Source: Desulfurobacteriaceae bacterium (lineage in GTDB: Bacteria > Aquificota > Aquificia > Desulfurobacteriales > Desulfurobacteriaceae). From it: a stretch of 64,000 bases of DNA. Shown piece by piece: positions 38,691-46,339 of the stretch. The translations under genes and the position numbers were made by a program. The DNA lies in contig JAMORC010000005.1 in NCBI GenBank assembly GCA_027063785.1, positions 90,050-154,049 on the forward strand, in the 5' to 3' direction. Under the pieces are notes generated by a model that worked only from the letters and a program-made list of their open reading frames with translations, had not been told where the DNA came from and made no database searches. The stretch's first letter is position 1, and every line of letters begins with the position of its first letter.

Positions 38691-39889
38691 TGAAAGTGAC
38701 CAGGGAGGAAGCTCTTAACGTAATTCTTTCTTCGGTTGATCCGGTAAAGGTTGAAGAGTCGGTAACTCTGGAAAAAGCTTACGGTAGAATCCTTGCTGTT
38801 GATATCTTTTCCCCCGTTGACCTGCCCGATGGAGACAAATCGGCAGTTGACGGCTTTGCCTTTAAGTCCTCCTCTGCTCCCGGCAGGTTTAAGGTAATCG
38901 GGGAATCGCCTGCTGGGAGGCCGGATAGGCTTGCAGTTTCGAATGGAGAAGCCGTTTTTGTAATGACCGGAGGTTTAATACCTGAAGGTGCAGACGCTGT
39001 TGTTAGGATTGAAGACGTTAGTTTTGATGGGAATTACGTTACTGTTGATTTCCCCGTTCGGGAAGGGAACCTTATAAACTATGCAGGCAGCGAGATTAAG
39101 GAGGGAGAGAGGGTTCTTAAAAAAGGGGACCTTCTCGATTTTCGGAAAGTTGGGTTGCTTGCCAACCTTGGAATATACAGGGTAAAAGTTTTCAGGAAGC
39201 CGAGAGTAGGTGTTTTAGTAACCGGGGATGAAGTTCTTGAACCCTTTGAACCCTATTTCCTAGGTAGTGTTAGGAACTCTAACTACTATATCCTAAAAGG
39301 TATTCTGGAAAGAATCGGGGTTTCTGTTATTTACCTCGGTAAGTCTTTCGATTCTGTCGATGAGATGGCTTCGGTTTTCGGTGAAGCACTTGAAGGAGTC
39401 GATGTTCTCGTTACTACCGGGGGCGTTTCAAAGGGAAAGTACGACTTTGTTAAAGAAGTTGTTGAAAGGGTCGGGTTTGACGTTAGGTTCACTACAACGA
39501 ACATAAGGCCGGGCAGACCTTTGGTCTTCGGCGTAAAGGGCAGTAATCTGTTCTTTGGCCTTCCCGGCTATCCGGCGGCGATGCTTGTCAATGCTTTAGA
39601 ATTTCTCGTTCCTGCCCTCCGAAAGCTTTCAGGGAGGAAGGAATTTTTTAACCGATACCTTCCCGCGGTTGCCCTTGAAGATCTAAAGTCGAGGGAAGGC
39701 AGGGTTGATTTCGTAAGGGTTAACCTTGAAGTTTTCGACGGAAGACTCGGAGTTGTCAACGCCGGAAGCCAGCAAACCTCTAACTTCCTCTCCATGGCAA
39801 TGTGTGACGGTTTGGCCGTTATAGGAGCTGACAGAGGAACGGTTAGGAAAGGAGAGTTTGTTGACCTGCTGCTTTTTGACAGGATATAG
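38690..39889 (+). CDS. moeA: molybdopterin molybdotransferase
   Basis: ATG 38690 after GGGAGG ([13 protein letters not shown]...). Motifs SAVDGFAF, VMTGGLIPEGADAV, VLVTTGGVSKGKYDFV. Confidence 0.85.
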   Translation: MKVTREEALNVILSSVDPVKVEESVTLEKAYGRILAVDIFSPVDLPDGDKSAVDGFAFKSSSAPGRFKVIGESPAGRPDRLAVSNGEAVFVMTGGLIPEGADAVVRIEDVSFDGNYVTVDFPVREGNLINYAGSEIKEGERVLKKGDLLDFRKVGLLANLGIYRVKVFRKPRVGVLVTGDEVLEPFEPYFLGSVRNSNYYILKGILERIGVSVIYLGKSFDSVDEMASVFGEALEGVDVLVTTGGVSKGKYDFVKEVVERVGFDVRFTTTNIRPGRPLVFGVKGSNLFFGLPGYPAAMLVNALEFLVPALRKLSGRKEFFNRYLPAVALEDLKSREGRVDFVRVNLEVFDGRLGVVNAGSQQTSNFLSMAMCDGLAVIGADRGTVRKGEFVDLLLFDRI

Positions 39890-39978
39890 GAATCCGGTGT
39901 TCTATTCTGTAAAATAACATCCGAAGAATTGGGAGTCGTAATCGAATATGATTAGAAATTCTATATTATCTATAAAAC

Positions 39979-40008
39979 TTGACAAGAGATTTTTTATTAT
40001 TGTAATAT
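39979..40008 (+). promoter_or_regulatory. candidate sigma70 promoter of the cytochrome/beta-barrel operon
   Basis: TTGACA (39979-84), 18-nt AT-rich spacer, TAATAT (40003-08) with TG just upstream, in the only AT-rich intergenic stretch (39890-40040). About 30 nt upstream of GTG 40041. Confidence 0.35.
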
Positions 40009-40040
40009 CCGGAATATAGTTTCTGCAGAGAGGGACTAAC

Positions 40041-41306
40041 GTGGGGATAGATAAGAAGGCTCTGATGCTGGGAATGGGGATAGGACTCCTGGTAGCCGAT
40101 CCCGCCTTTTCTTCCGCCTCTATTCCTGCCTTCGAAGGGGAACTGAAGACGCAGGTTGAATTCAGAGAAGACATAAGGGATAGAGATTCCACTCCCTTTG
40201 ATACTTACCTGAAGTTGGATGTCAGGGATTTAAAAGGTAAGTCGGAACTTCACTTTTACGGAAAGCTCTGGAAGGATCTCGGAAGGGGAACTGATTGGGA
40301 TGCCGATCTCTTTCAACTCTACGTGGATACTCCGCTTAACAGAGAGTTTAAGCTATCTGTCGGTAGACAGTTCATATCCGAAGGCTTTGAAACTTACATT
40401 GCTGATGCTGTGAGACTAACTCGATCTTCGAAAAAGGGACTTCGCTACGTTTTCTATTTGGGTAAGCCGAGGTACTTTGAGCCGAACACGCGGAGCGGAG
40501 ATGACCTTTTAGCCGGTTTTAAGTTGGATTACAAAGGTTTCTTCTTGGGTTTTGAACATGTTAGGAAAAACGGAGATGTGAGGAAAAGTTCCTTCCTTTT
40601 CGGCGATTACAGGTATCTTACCAGGGAGCTTGCTCAGTATGCGAGACTTGAACTTGACGTTGCCCACGGAGAACTTCTTAGCTGGAACTTGGGAATTGAT
40701 TACTTCCCTACCAAGAAGTTAAGGCTTAACTCTGATCTGGAGTTTTACGACGGCAGTTATACCTATGGAGACGGAGTAAGGGAGAACGAGCTTTTCTATC
40801 TGTTCTCGAGCGGCAGGGAACTGCGATTTACTCAAAGCGTTTACTACGATTTAACGAAAGTCTGGCAGGTTTTTGGAAGCTACACGTTTACAGACCTTCA
40901 GAGGAAAGGTAAGGATAACGGTCATCTAATAAAGCTCGGACTTGTAAGGGATACTTGGTTTGATAACGGGCTGAGGAGCTACGGTTCTCTTCTTTATCAG
41001 AACAGTTGGTTTGGAATAATGAAGGGTTTTGAGGTCGGGTTTACGAAATACTTCTGCAGAAAACTCACCCTTACGGGAATGCTTGATGTTGCCCACTACG
41101 ACAAGATTACTTACGGAAGCCAGTGGTCGAATGCCCTTTACTTGAAAGGAACTTACGCAGTTACTGAGTTCTCGAACTTTGAGCTTGGAATCGACTACAG
41201 GAAGAATGAGGATTTTGATAGGGATGCCAGGGTAATACTCAGGTATAACTACCTCTTCTGGGGTGGAAGTTCATACAAAGAAAGGAGAGTCGAGGAAAGG
41301 AAATGA
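40041..41306 (+). CDS. secreted outer-membrane beta-barrel protein (porin-like), first gene of the multiheme cytochrome operon
   Basis: GTG start. Signal peptide MGIDKKALMLGMGIGLLVADPAFSSA. Alternating amphipathic beta-strand pattern, many Y/F/W. ~421 aa, no Cys motifs. Confidence 0.55.
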   Translation: MGIDKKALMLGMGIGLLVADPAFSSASIPAFEGELKTQVEFREDIRDRDSTPFDTYLKLDVRDLKGKSELHFYGKLWKDLGRGTDWDADLFQLYVDTPLNREFKLSVGRQFISEGFETYIADAVRLTRSSKKGLRYVFYLGKPRYFEPNTRSGDDLLAGFKLDYKGFFLGFEHVRKNGDVRKSSFLFGDYRYLTRELAQYARLELDVAHGELLSWNLGIDYFPTKKLRLNSDLEFYDGSYTYGDGVRENELFYLFSSGRELRFTQSVYYDLTKVWQVFGSYTFTDLQRKGKDNGHLIKLGLVRDTWFDNGLRSYGSLLYQNSWFGIMKGFEVGFTKYFCRKLTLTGMLDVAHYDKITYGSQWSNALYLKGTYAVTEFSNFELGIDYRKNEDFDRDARVILRYNYLFWGGSSYKERRVEERK

Positions 41307-41905
41307 GAGGAATTGCTGTTCTTTTGTTCTGTATAGCGGCCTTTTCCCTATTCTCCTGTGGTAAGGGAAATGTGAAGTATAAGGAGGAACTCGGCGCTAC
41401 GGCAAAGTTCCACCACAGGGATCATAAGGAATTTATCGATAGTCACGGCTGCATTCCGTGCCACAAAATGAACGTTGAAATGAGCTGGGCTGATATAGAG
41501 GCTGCAGAGAGGGGTTCAAAGAAAGTAATTATGCCTTCAAAAGTAACCTGCCATTACTGCCACAATAATCCGGGTAAGACGCCGGCTCCTAACGCTCCAA
41601 CAAAGTGTTACATATGTCACTTTAACATGAAAGAAATAGAGCCGGCCGACCATAAGACCGGGAACTGGCTGAAAACTCACAGGTTTGCCTATGAAGGGGA
41701 TCCCGAAAGGTGTGATGAGTGCCACAGACAGCGCTTCTGCATCGATTGCCATGCCAAGCGGGATGTTATCCAGCATTTCGTTCATCCGAGGAACTACGAT
41801 TATACCCACAGCATAGAGGCTGCTGCGGATCCTGCCAAGTGCGGCAGGTGTCACCGACCGGGTTTCTGTATGGAATGTCATACAAAGGGGATGTGGACGA
41901 GATGA
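41303..41905 (+). CDS. heptaheme c-type cytochrome lipoprotein (doubled-CxxCH type)
   Basis: ATGA overlap with the previous gene. Lipobox LFSC. 7 CxxCH (CIPCH, CHYCH, CYICH, CDECH, CIDCH, CGRCH, CMECH) in 200 aa. Confidence 0.8.
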   Translation: MRGIAVLLFCIAAFSLFSCGKGNVKYKEELGATAKFHHRDHKEFIDSHGCIPCHKMNVEMSWADIEAAERGSKKVIMPSKVTCHYCHNNPGKTPAPNAPTKCYICHFNMKEIEPADHKTGNWLKTHRFAYEGDPERCDECHRQRFCIDCHAKRDVIQHFVHPRNYDYTHSIEAAADPAKCGRCHRPGFCMECHTKGMWTR

Positions 41906-42774
41906 GAAAGGGAATGGCTTTACTTTTGTTCTTGGTTACCGGTTTGACGGTTAACTCTTACGGAAAAGAGTGCGGTGGAGTTGGCTATACCGGCAAGGAG
42001 GACGGCTTCTGCCTAAAATGTCACTCTTCCGGCTGCCCGATTGTTCACCCTCTTTCCTGTAAAGTTGAAGAGACCGATTGTATAAAGCTTCCTTCCCGAT
42101 TTCCCTTGAAAGACGGCAGGATGGCCTGTACCACATGTCATGATATGGCTTCAAAAAACCGCTATTTTCTGAGATCCAGAAAACCTATTAAAAAGAGGTT
42201 TGACTTCTGCTTCCAGTGCCACAATCCGGAATGCTATAGGAAGTTTAACCCTCACGAAGCGATAGGAAAAGATTTACCGTGGCAGGAGAAGAAGAAGGCC
42301 TGTATTTACTGTCACGGTGTCGGGGCAAGACTTGAGGCTTACAAGGCCTGTGTGGGGTGCCATACGGAAACTCCTCACGTCGGCGCTCCCGAGCATATGC
42401 TGGCTTCGGAAGATAAGGTTAAGAAGCTTACTGAGGGTAAGAAGGGAGTCTTTGAGATAAGTTCAATGAAAGAGCTGAAACCGAAGATTTCCCTGGAAGA
42501 GTTAAAAGGAAGGAAAGCGAAAGTGATACTCGTTAAAGGCAGGATAGAGTGTATAACCTGTCACAATCCTCATCCCCAGATAGCCTATGAAGCCGAAGCA
42601 CTTTCCGGAGATTGGGCAAAAGTGGTGTTGGGAGATATCGAGTATAAGCTTAAAAAGCTGGAACTTTCTCTTAACAGGTTTTCGGTTAATAAAGAAGCTG
42701 TCAAGCTTATGAGCCGGCCTGTGGAAGCCGGAAAACTGTGTACCGTTTGTCACTCTATTAATTCGTTGAAGTAG
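41902..42774 (+). CDS. heptaheme periplasmic c-type cytochrome
   Basis: ATG 41902 overlapping the previous stop (ATGA). Signal peptide MRKGMALLLFLVTGLTVNSYG. 7 CxxCH (CLKCH, CTTCH, CFQCH, CIYCH, CVGCH, CITCH, CTVCH). Confidence 0.8.
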   Translation: MRKGMALLLFLVTGLTVNSYGKECGGVGYTGKEDGFCLKCHSSGCPIVHPLSCKVEETDCIKLPSRFPLKDGRMACTTCHDMASKNRYFLRSRKPIKKRFDFCFQCHNPECYRKFNPHEAIGKDLPWQEKKKACIYCHGVGARLEAYKACVGCHTETPHVGAPEHMLASEDKVKKLTEGKKGVFEISSMKELKPKISLEELKGRKAKVILVKGRIECITCHNPHPQIAYEAEALSGDWAKVVLGDIEYKLKKLELSLNRFSVNKEAVKLMSRPVEAGKLCTVCHSINSLK

Positions 42775-42784
42775 GGGGTAGAGA

Positions 42785-43879
42785 GTGAAAGCCTTTATAG
42801 TTGGACTGACGGGAGCTTTCCTTCTGGCGGGAACTGCTCTTGGCGGCGGGATATCCGACGACGGGTGCTTGGTCTGTCATAGGCTTAAGGGACTTTCGGT
42901 CGTTGATGAGGATAATAGAGTAAGGGACTGTAGTATTAACGATGCCCTTTACGCTCACTCAATTCACAGAAATGTCGGTTGTACTGAGTGTCATGACAGA
43001 ATAGAACAGTATCCCCATAAACCTGAGAATGTGGCGGCAAACTGTGCAAATAAGTGTCACGTCGCTGATCCTTCGACGAAAAAGCCCTTTTCTCACGGGG
43101 AAGTTTTTAAAACGTGGAAGGAAAGCGTTCACGGTAAGAATTATGAGAAGGCTCCAGATATCTATCCTTACTGTAGCTACTGTCATACGAACGACCTCCT
43201 CATAGACGTTAAGAAATTTGAAGCCCTAGAGGGGAGCTTTGGCCGTTGTTCGATCTGCCATCAGAACAGAGAGTGGGCAGAAGACAGGCTGGCTCACGTT
43301 GCTTCAAGAGAACCTCTTCCGATTATAAAGAACGGTTTTGTCCACCAATTTATCAAGACAAGGAGGGACGGCTGGGAGATTGTTGAATTGTGTGCATCCT
43401 GTCATGAGGATGAAGAGAAGATGGAGAAAGCTATTGAGATAGAGGGTATTCACAATAAGTACGAAAAGGAAAGGATACTTACGGCCGTTGAGTCCTATAA
43501 GGTGACTATGCACTCAAAGATGCTGTACCTTGATAGGAATGATACGAGGGCTGCTGATTGTTTGGATTGTCATACCAACAAGGGAGGGAATTTCCACGAT
43601 ATATTCCATAAGAGTGATCCGAGATCTTCCGTTAACGTGAAGAACATAGAGTTGACCTGTGGCAGATCAACTGAATGTCATCCCCTTGCTCCTGCCAAGG
43701 ATATGAAGAATTTCGCCACTACTAAGTGGGTTCATATGCATCCGGTTCCGGATACTCTCGGTCAGAAGATAGTGAAAATTGTTGAGGAGTTTATGTTCTG
43801 GCTTACTACGGGAACGCTACTTTTTGCCGTTACAATTGTTGGACTTGACCTACTTAAAAACTTGAGGAGGAAGCACTAA
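42785..43879 (+). CDS. multiheme c-type cytochrome with C-terminal transmembrane anchor (partner of the downstream cytochrome b)
   Basis: GTG start after GGGGGT. Signal peptide. Six canonical CxxCH (CLVCH, CTECH, CSYCH, CSICH, CASCH, CLDCH) plus CANKCH (Cx3CH) and CGRSTECH. C-terminal helix FMFWLTTGTLLFAVTIVGLDLL. Confidence 0.8.
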   Translation: MKAFIVGLTGAFLLAGTALGGGISDDGCLVCHRLKGLSVVDEDNRVRDCSINDALYAHSIHRNVGCTECHDRIEQYPHKPENVAANCANKCHVADPSTKKPFSHGEVFKTWKESVHGKNYEKAPDIYPYCSYCHTNDLLIDVKKFEALEGSFGRCSICHQNREWAEDRLAHVASREPLPIIKNGFVHQFIKTRRDGWEIVELCASCHEDEEKMEKAIEIEGIHNKYEKERILTAVESYKVTMHSKMLYLDRNDTRAADCLDCHTNKGGNFHDIFHKSDPRSSVNVKNIELTCGRSTECHPLAPAKDMKNFATTKWVHMHPVPDTLGQKIVKIVEEFMFWLTTGTLLFAVTIVGLDLLKNLRRKH

Positions 43880-44811
43880 TGGGACTCTGGGAGGCATTTA
43901 AAGAGAGGTTTAGGATAAGGCCGGACCAGGATAAACTCCTTATCGTCGATGGAGAGAGAATTCTTATACAGAAATTTACTCTGTTCCAAAGGCTTCTTCA
44001 CGTTGGAATATTTTCCACCTTTATCTGGCAGATAATCACCGGATATCCCCTAAAGTTCTACAACACGGAGTGGGCTAAGCCGTTGATTGCTCTTCTCGGC
44101 GGAATTACCGGAGAAATGACCATTCACAGAATATCGGGATTTATAATGTTCGCCGACTTCCTCCTTACTGTTCTGTATATGATCCTTATACTTATAGCTA
44201 ACTGGGATCTTGCTAAAAAGGACTTTTTCGGGTATTTCAGAATCGTTCCCGGGCCTTCCGACGTAACTTTTGTTCATTATGTAAAGTACCTGCTCGGTTT
44301 CAGAAAAGTGCCTCCGGATTGGGACGAGTACATCTGGGTTGACAAGTTTGATTTCTGGGCGGTTGGTTGGGGTATGCTGGCCATTGGTATTACGGGATGG
44401 ATGCTTTGGCTTCCCGAAGTTTTTACCGGCTTTCTCCACCTTCCGCCGGAGACGATACAGATTGCTTACTTAATGCACTCGGATGAGGCTGTACTGGCGC
44501 TGGGTTGGATTGCCCTTGTTCACATGTACGTTGTTCACTACGGTCCCAATAAATTCCCTATGGACTGGATTTGGCTTACCGGAACGGCTTCAGAGGTTGA
44601 GTGGATAGAAGAGCGCCCCAGGAGTTACAGGAGGATTATCAAGGCTGTTGCTGAGAATGAACCCCATCTCCTCGAGAAGTACCCGTTCCTCAAGGAGCGT
44701 TATCAATTTGTCCTGGAGGTGGAAAAGCTTCCTGAGGAGGAGATGATAGAGAAGATGCACGAGTATGCCCATTACCTTCTTGAGAAGGAAGTGGAAGGGA
44801 GGAATGGATAA
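43879..44811 (+). CDS. integral-membrane b-type cytochrome (Ni/Fe-hydrogenase/formate dehydrogenase gamma / PhsC-like di-heme cytochrome b family), putative quinol-oxidising subunit
   Basis: TAATG overlap with the previous gene. 4-5 TM helices with conserved His (LLHVGIFSTF, IHRISGF, LVHMYVVHYG). Confidence 0.65.
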   Translation: MGLWEAFKERFRIRPDQDKLLIVDGERILIQKFTLFQRLLHVGIFSTFIWQIITGYPLKFYNTEWAKPLIALLGGITGEMTIHRISGFIMFADFLLTVLYMILILIANWDLAKKDFFGYFRIVPGPSDVTFVHYVKYLLGFRKVPPDWDEYIWVDKFDFWAVGWGMLAIGITGWMLWLPEVFTGFLHLPPETIQIAYLMHSDEAVLALGWIALVHMYVVHYGPNKFPMDWIWLTGTASEVEWIEERPRSYRRIIKAVAENEPHLLEKYPFLKERYQFVLEVEKLPEEEMIEKMHEYAHYLLEKEVEGRNG

Positions 44812-45524
44812 TGAAGAGGTTGATCCTTGCTCTTTTCGTTCTGCCGATAGCCGTTCAGGGAGCTGAGAACCCGCTTCTCTCCGCTCCTGCCAAGGACATT
44901 TCTAAATGGGAGAATAAACTGAAGGAGTTTGAAAGACCGGAGCTGCCCAGGAAGGAAGGTTATCCGAGGCCGTTTCACTTGCCTAACGGCTATAAGTACT
45001 CCCTTGATGATGTCTGTTTGGCCTGTCACACCTTTGCTGCCCATAAGAAGGATAAGAAGTACGCTCCTTTTTACAACGCCCACGGAACCTTCTTGAGCTG
45101 CACAACGTGCCATTTTGTTAAATCCGGTCTCTCGTACAGCTGGGTTGAAATCGATGGTGATAGAGCCGTTGGAAAGGAAGGAGGAGATTTTTACGGTCTT
45201 CGTTATATAAGGAACGGTAATAGGGTTATCCTTTCCGGAGGAGATAGCAGAGCAAGGATAACTCCTGTTTATGATGGAGCTCCTCTTGTTATCCCTCTTA
45301 AAGGTAATGAGTCTCTTCTGAAAGACGTTAAGGCCGTTTCAAAGATGCACTCTGCTCTTACTGAGAAGGTTTTGAAGTGTGAGGATTGCCACAGGGAGAA
45401 AGGTGTTCTTGACTTTCGCGCTTTAGGTTTTAGTGATGAAAGGGTAAAGGATCTTGAGGAAAACGAGGTAGTGAAAGGATTAAAAGAGTATAAGACGATT
45501 CACTTCCCCAAATTTATCTGGTAA
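44811..45524 (+). CDS. triheme periplasmic c-type cytochrome
   Basis: TAATG overlap. Signal peptide MKRLILALFVLPIAVQGA. CLACH, CTTCH, CEDCH. Confidence 0.75.
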   Translation: MKRLILALFVLPIAVQGAENPLLSAPAKDISKWENKLKEFERPELPRKEGYPRPFHLPNGYKYSLDDVCLACHTFAAHKKDKKYAPFYNAHGTFLSCTTCHFVKSGLSYSWVEIDGDRAVGKEGGDFYGLRYIRNGNRVILSGGDSRARITPVYDGAPLVIPLKGNESLLKDVKAVSKMHSALTEKVLKCEDCHREKGVLDFRALGFSDERVKDLEENEVVKGLKEYKTIHFPKFIW

Positions 45525-45535
45525 GGGGTCAGAGA

Positions 45536-46339
45536 ATGAGGTTTATAGTTGCTGCTTTGCTTGCGATCCTGTTTTCCGTAAGAGCTGTAGCGGGAGAGGT
45601 TATAAAAGGTGACTGGAAGTTTCCTTCGGATATTGCAGTTAGTAACGGCAAACTTTACGTTGTTGACGGGCTGAACAACAGGATTGCCGTTTACGACTTG
45701 TACGGGGAGCACCTTATTGACCTTAAGGTTGATTCTCCTTACGGGATATTCGTTGATAACGGATTGGTATATGCCGTCAGTCAGAAGGGAAGACTTTACG
45801 TCCTTGATGAGTACGGGGAGCTTCTGAAGAGCTTCCCGCTGAAAGGACGGCCTATTGATGTTGTTAAGTTAAAAGACAGACTTTTCGTTAGCAACGGTGA
45901 AGGAAATACGGTGGATGTCTATACCCTTGACGGAAAGCTTGTTAAGAGGATCGGCGGAAAGGGGACTGTTCCTGGTAACTTTGTCGGTGTATTTCTGATG
46001 GACAGGGGGAAAAATCTTATTTATGTTGTTGATTCTGTTAACGCCAGGATTCAGGAGTTTGATGAGGACGGCAGGTTTGTCAGATCATTCGGGGTTTTCG
46101 GTATAGAGGAAGGGGATCTCTTCAGGCCTAAAGGGATTGCAGTCTGTAATGGTTACGTTGCTGTAAGTGACGGTATTACCGGAGCTGTTCAGCTTTTTGA
46201 TCCTTACGGCGGATTTGAGAACGTGATTGCTGAAGGTCTTTACTACCCTACAGCCCTTAGCTGCTATGACGGAGAGGTTTTTGTCCTTGAACCTCTGAAG
46301 AACAGAGTTTCTACATTTAGACTTCGGGGAGTCAAGTAA
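45536..46339 (+). CDS. secreted NHL-repeat beta-propeller protein
   Basis: Signal peptide MRFIVAALLAILFSVRAVAG. Repeated Y(V/A)VD..N.RI..(F/Y)D..G blades (LYVVDGLNNRIAVYDLYGE, YVVDSVNARIQEFDEDGRF, etc.). Confidence 0.75.
   Translation: MRFIVAALLAILFSVRAVAGEVIKGDWKFPSDIAVSNGKLYVVDGLNNRIAVYDLYGEHLIDLKVDSPYGIFVDNGLVYAVSQKGRLYVLDEYGELLKSFPLKGRPIDVVKLKDRLFVSNGEGNTVDVYTLDGKLVKRIGGKGTVPGNFVGVFLMDRGKNLIYVVDSVNARIQEFDEDGRFVRSFGVFGIEEGDLFRPKGIAVCNGYVAVSDGITGAVQLFDPYGGFENVIAEGLYYPTALSCYDGEVFVLEPLKNRVSTFRLRGVK

Noticed and set aside
41719-41901. Upstream part of ORF 41719..42774
   Set aside because: It is a different-frame overlap with the preceding heptaheme gene. The real start is ATG 41902 (MRKGMALLLF signal peptide) overlapping the upstream stop.
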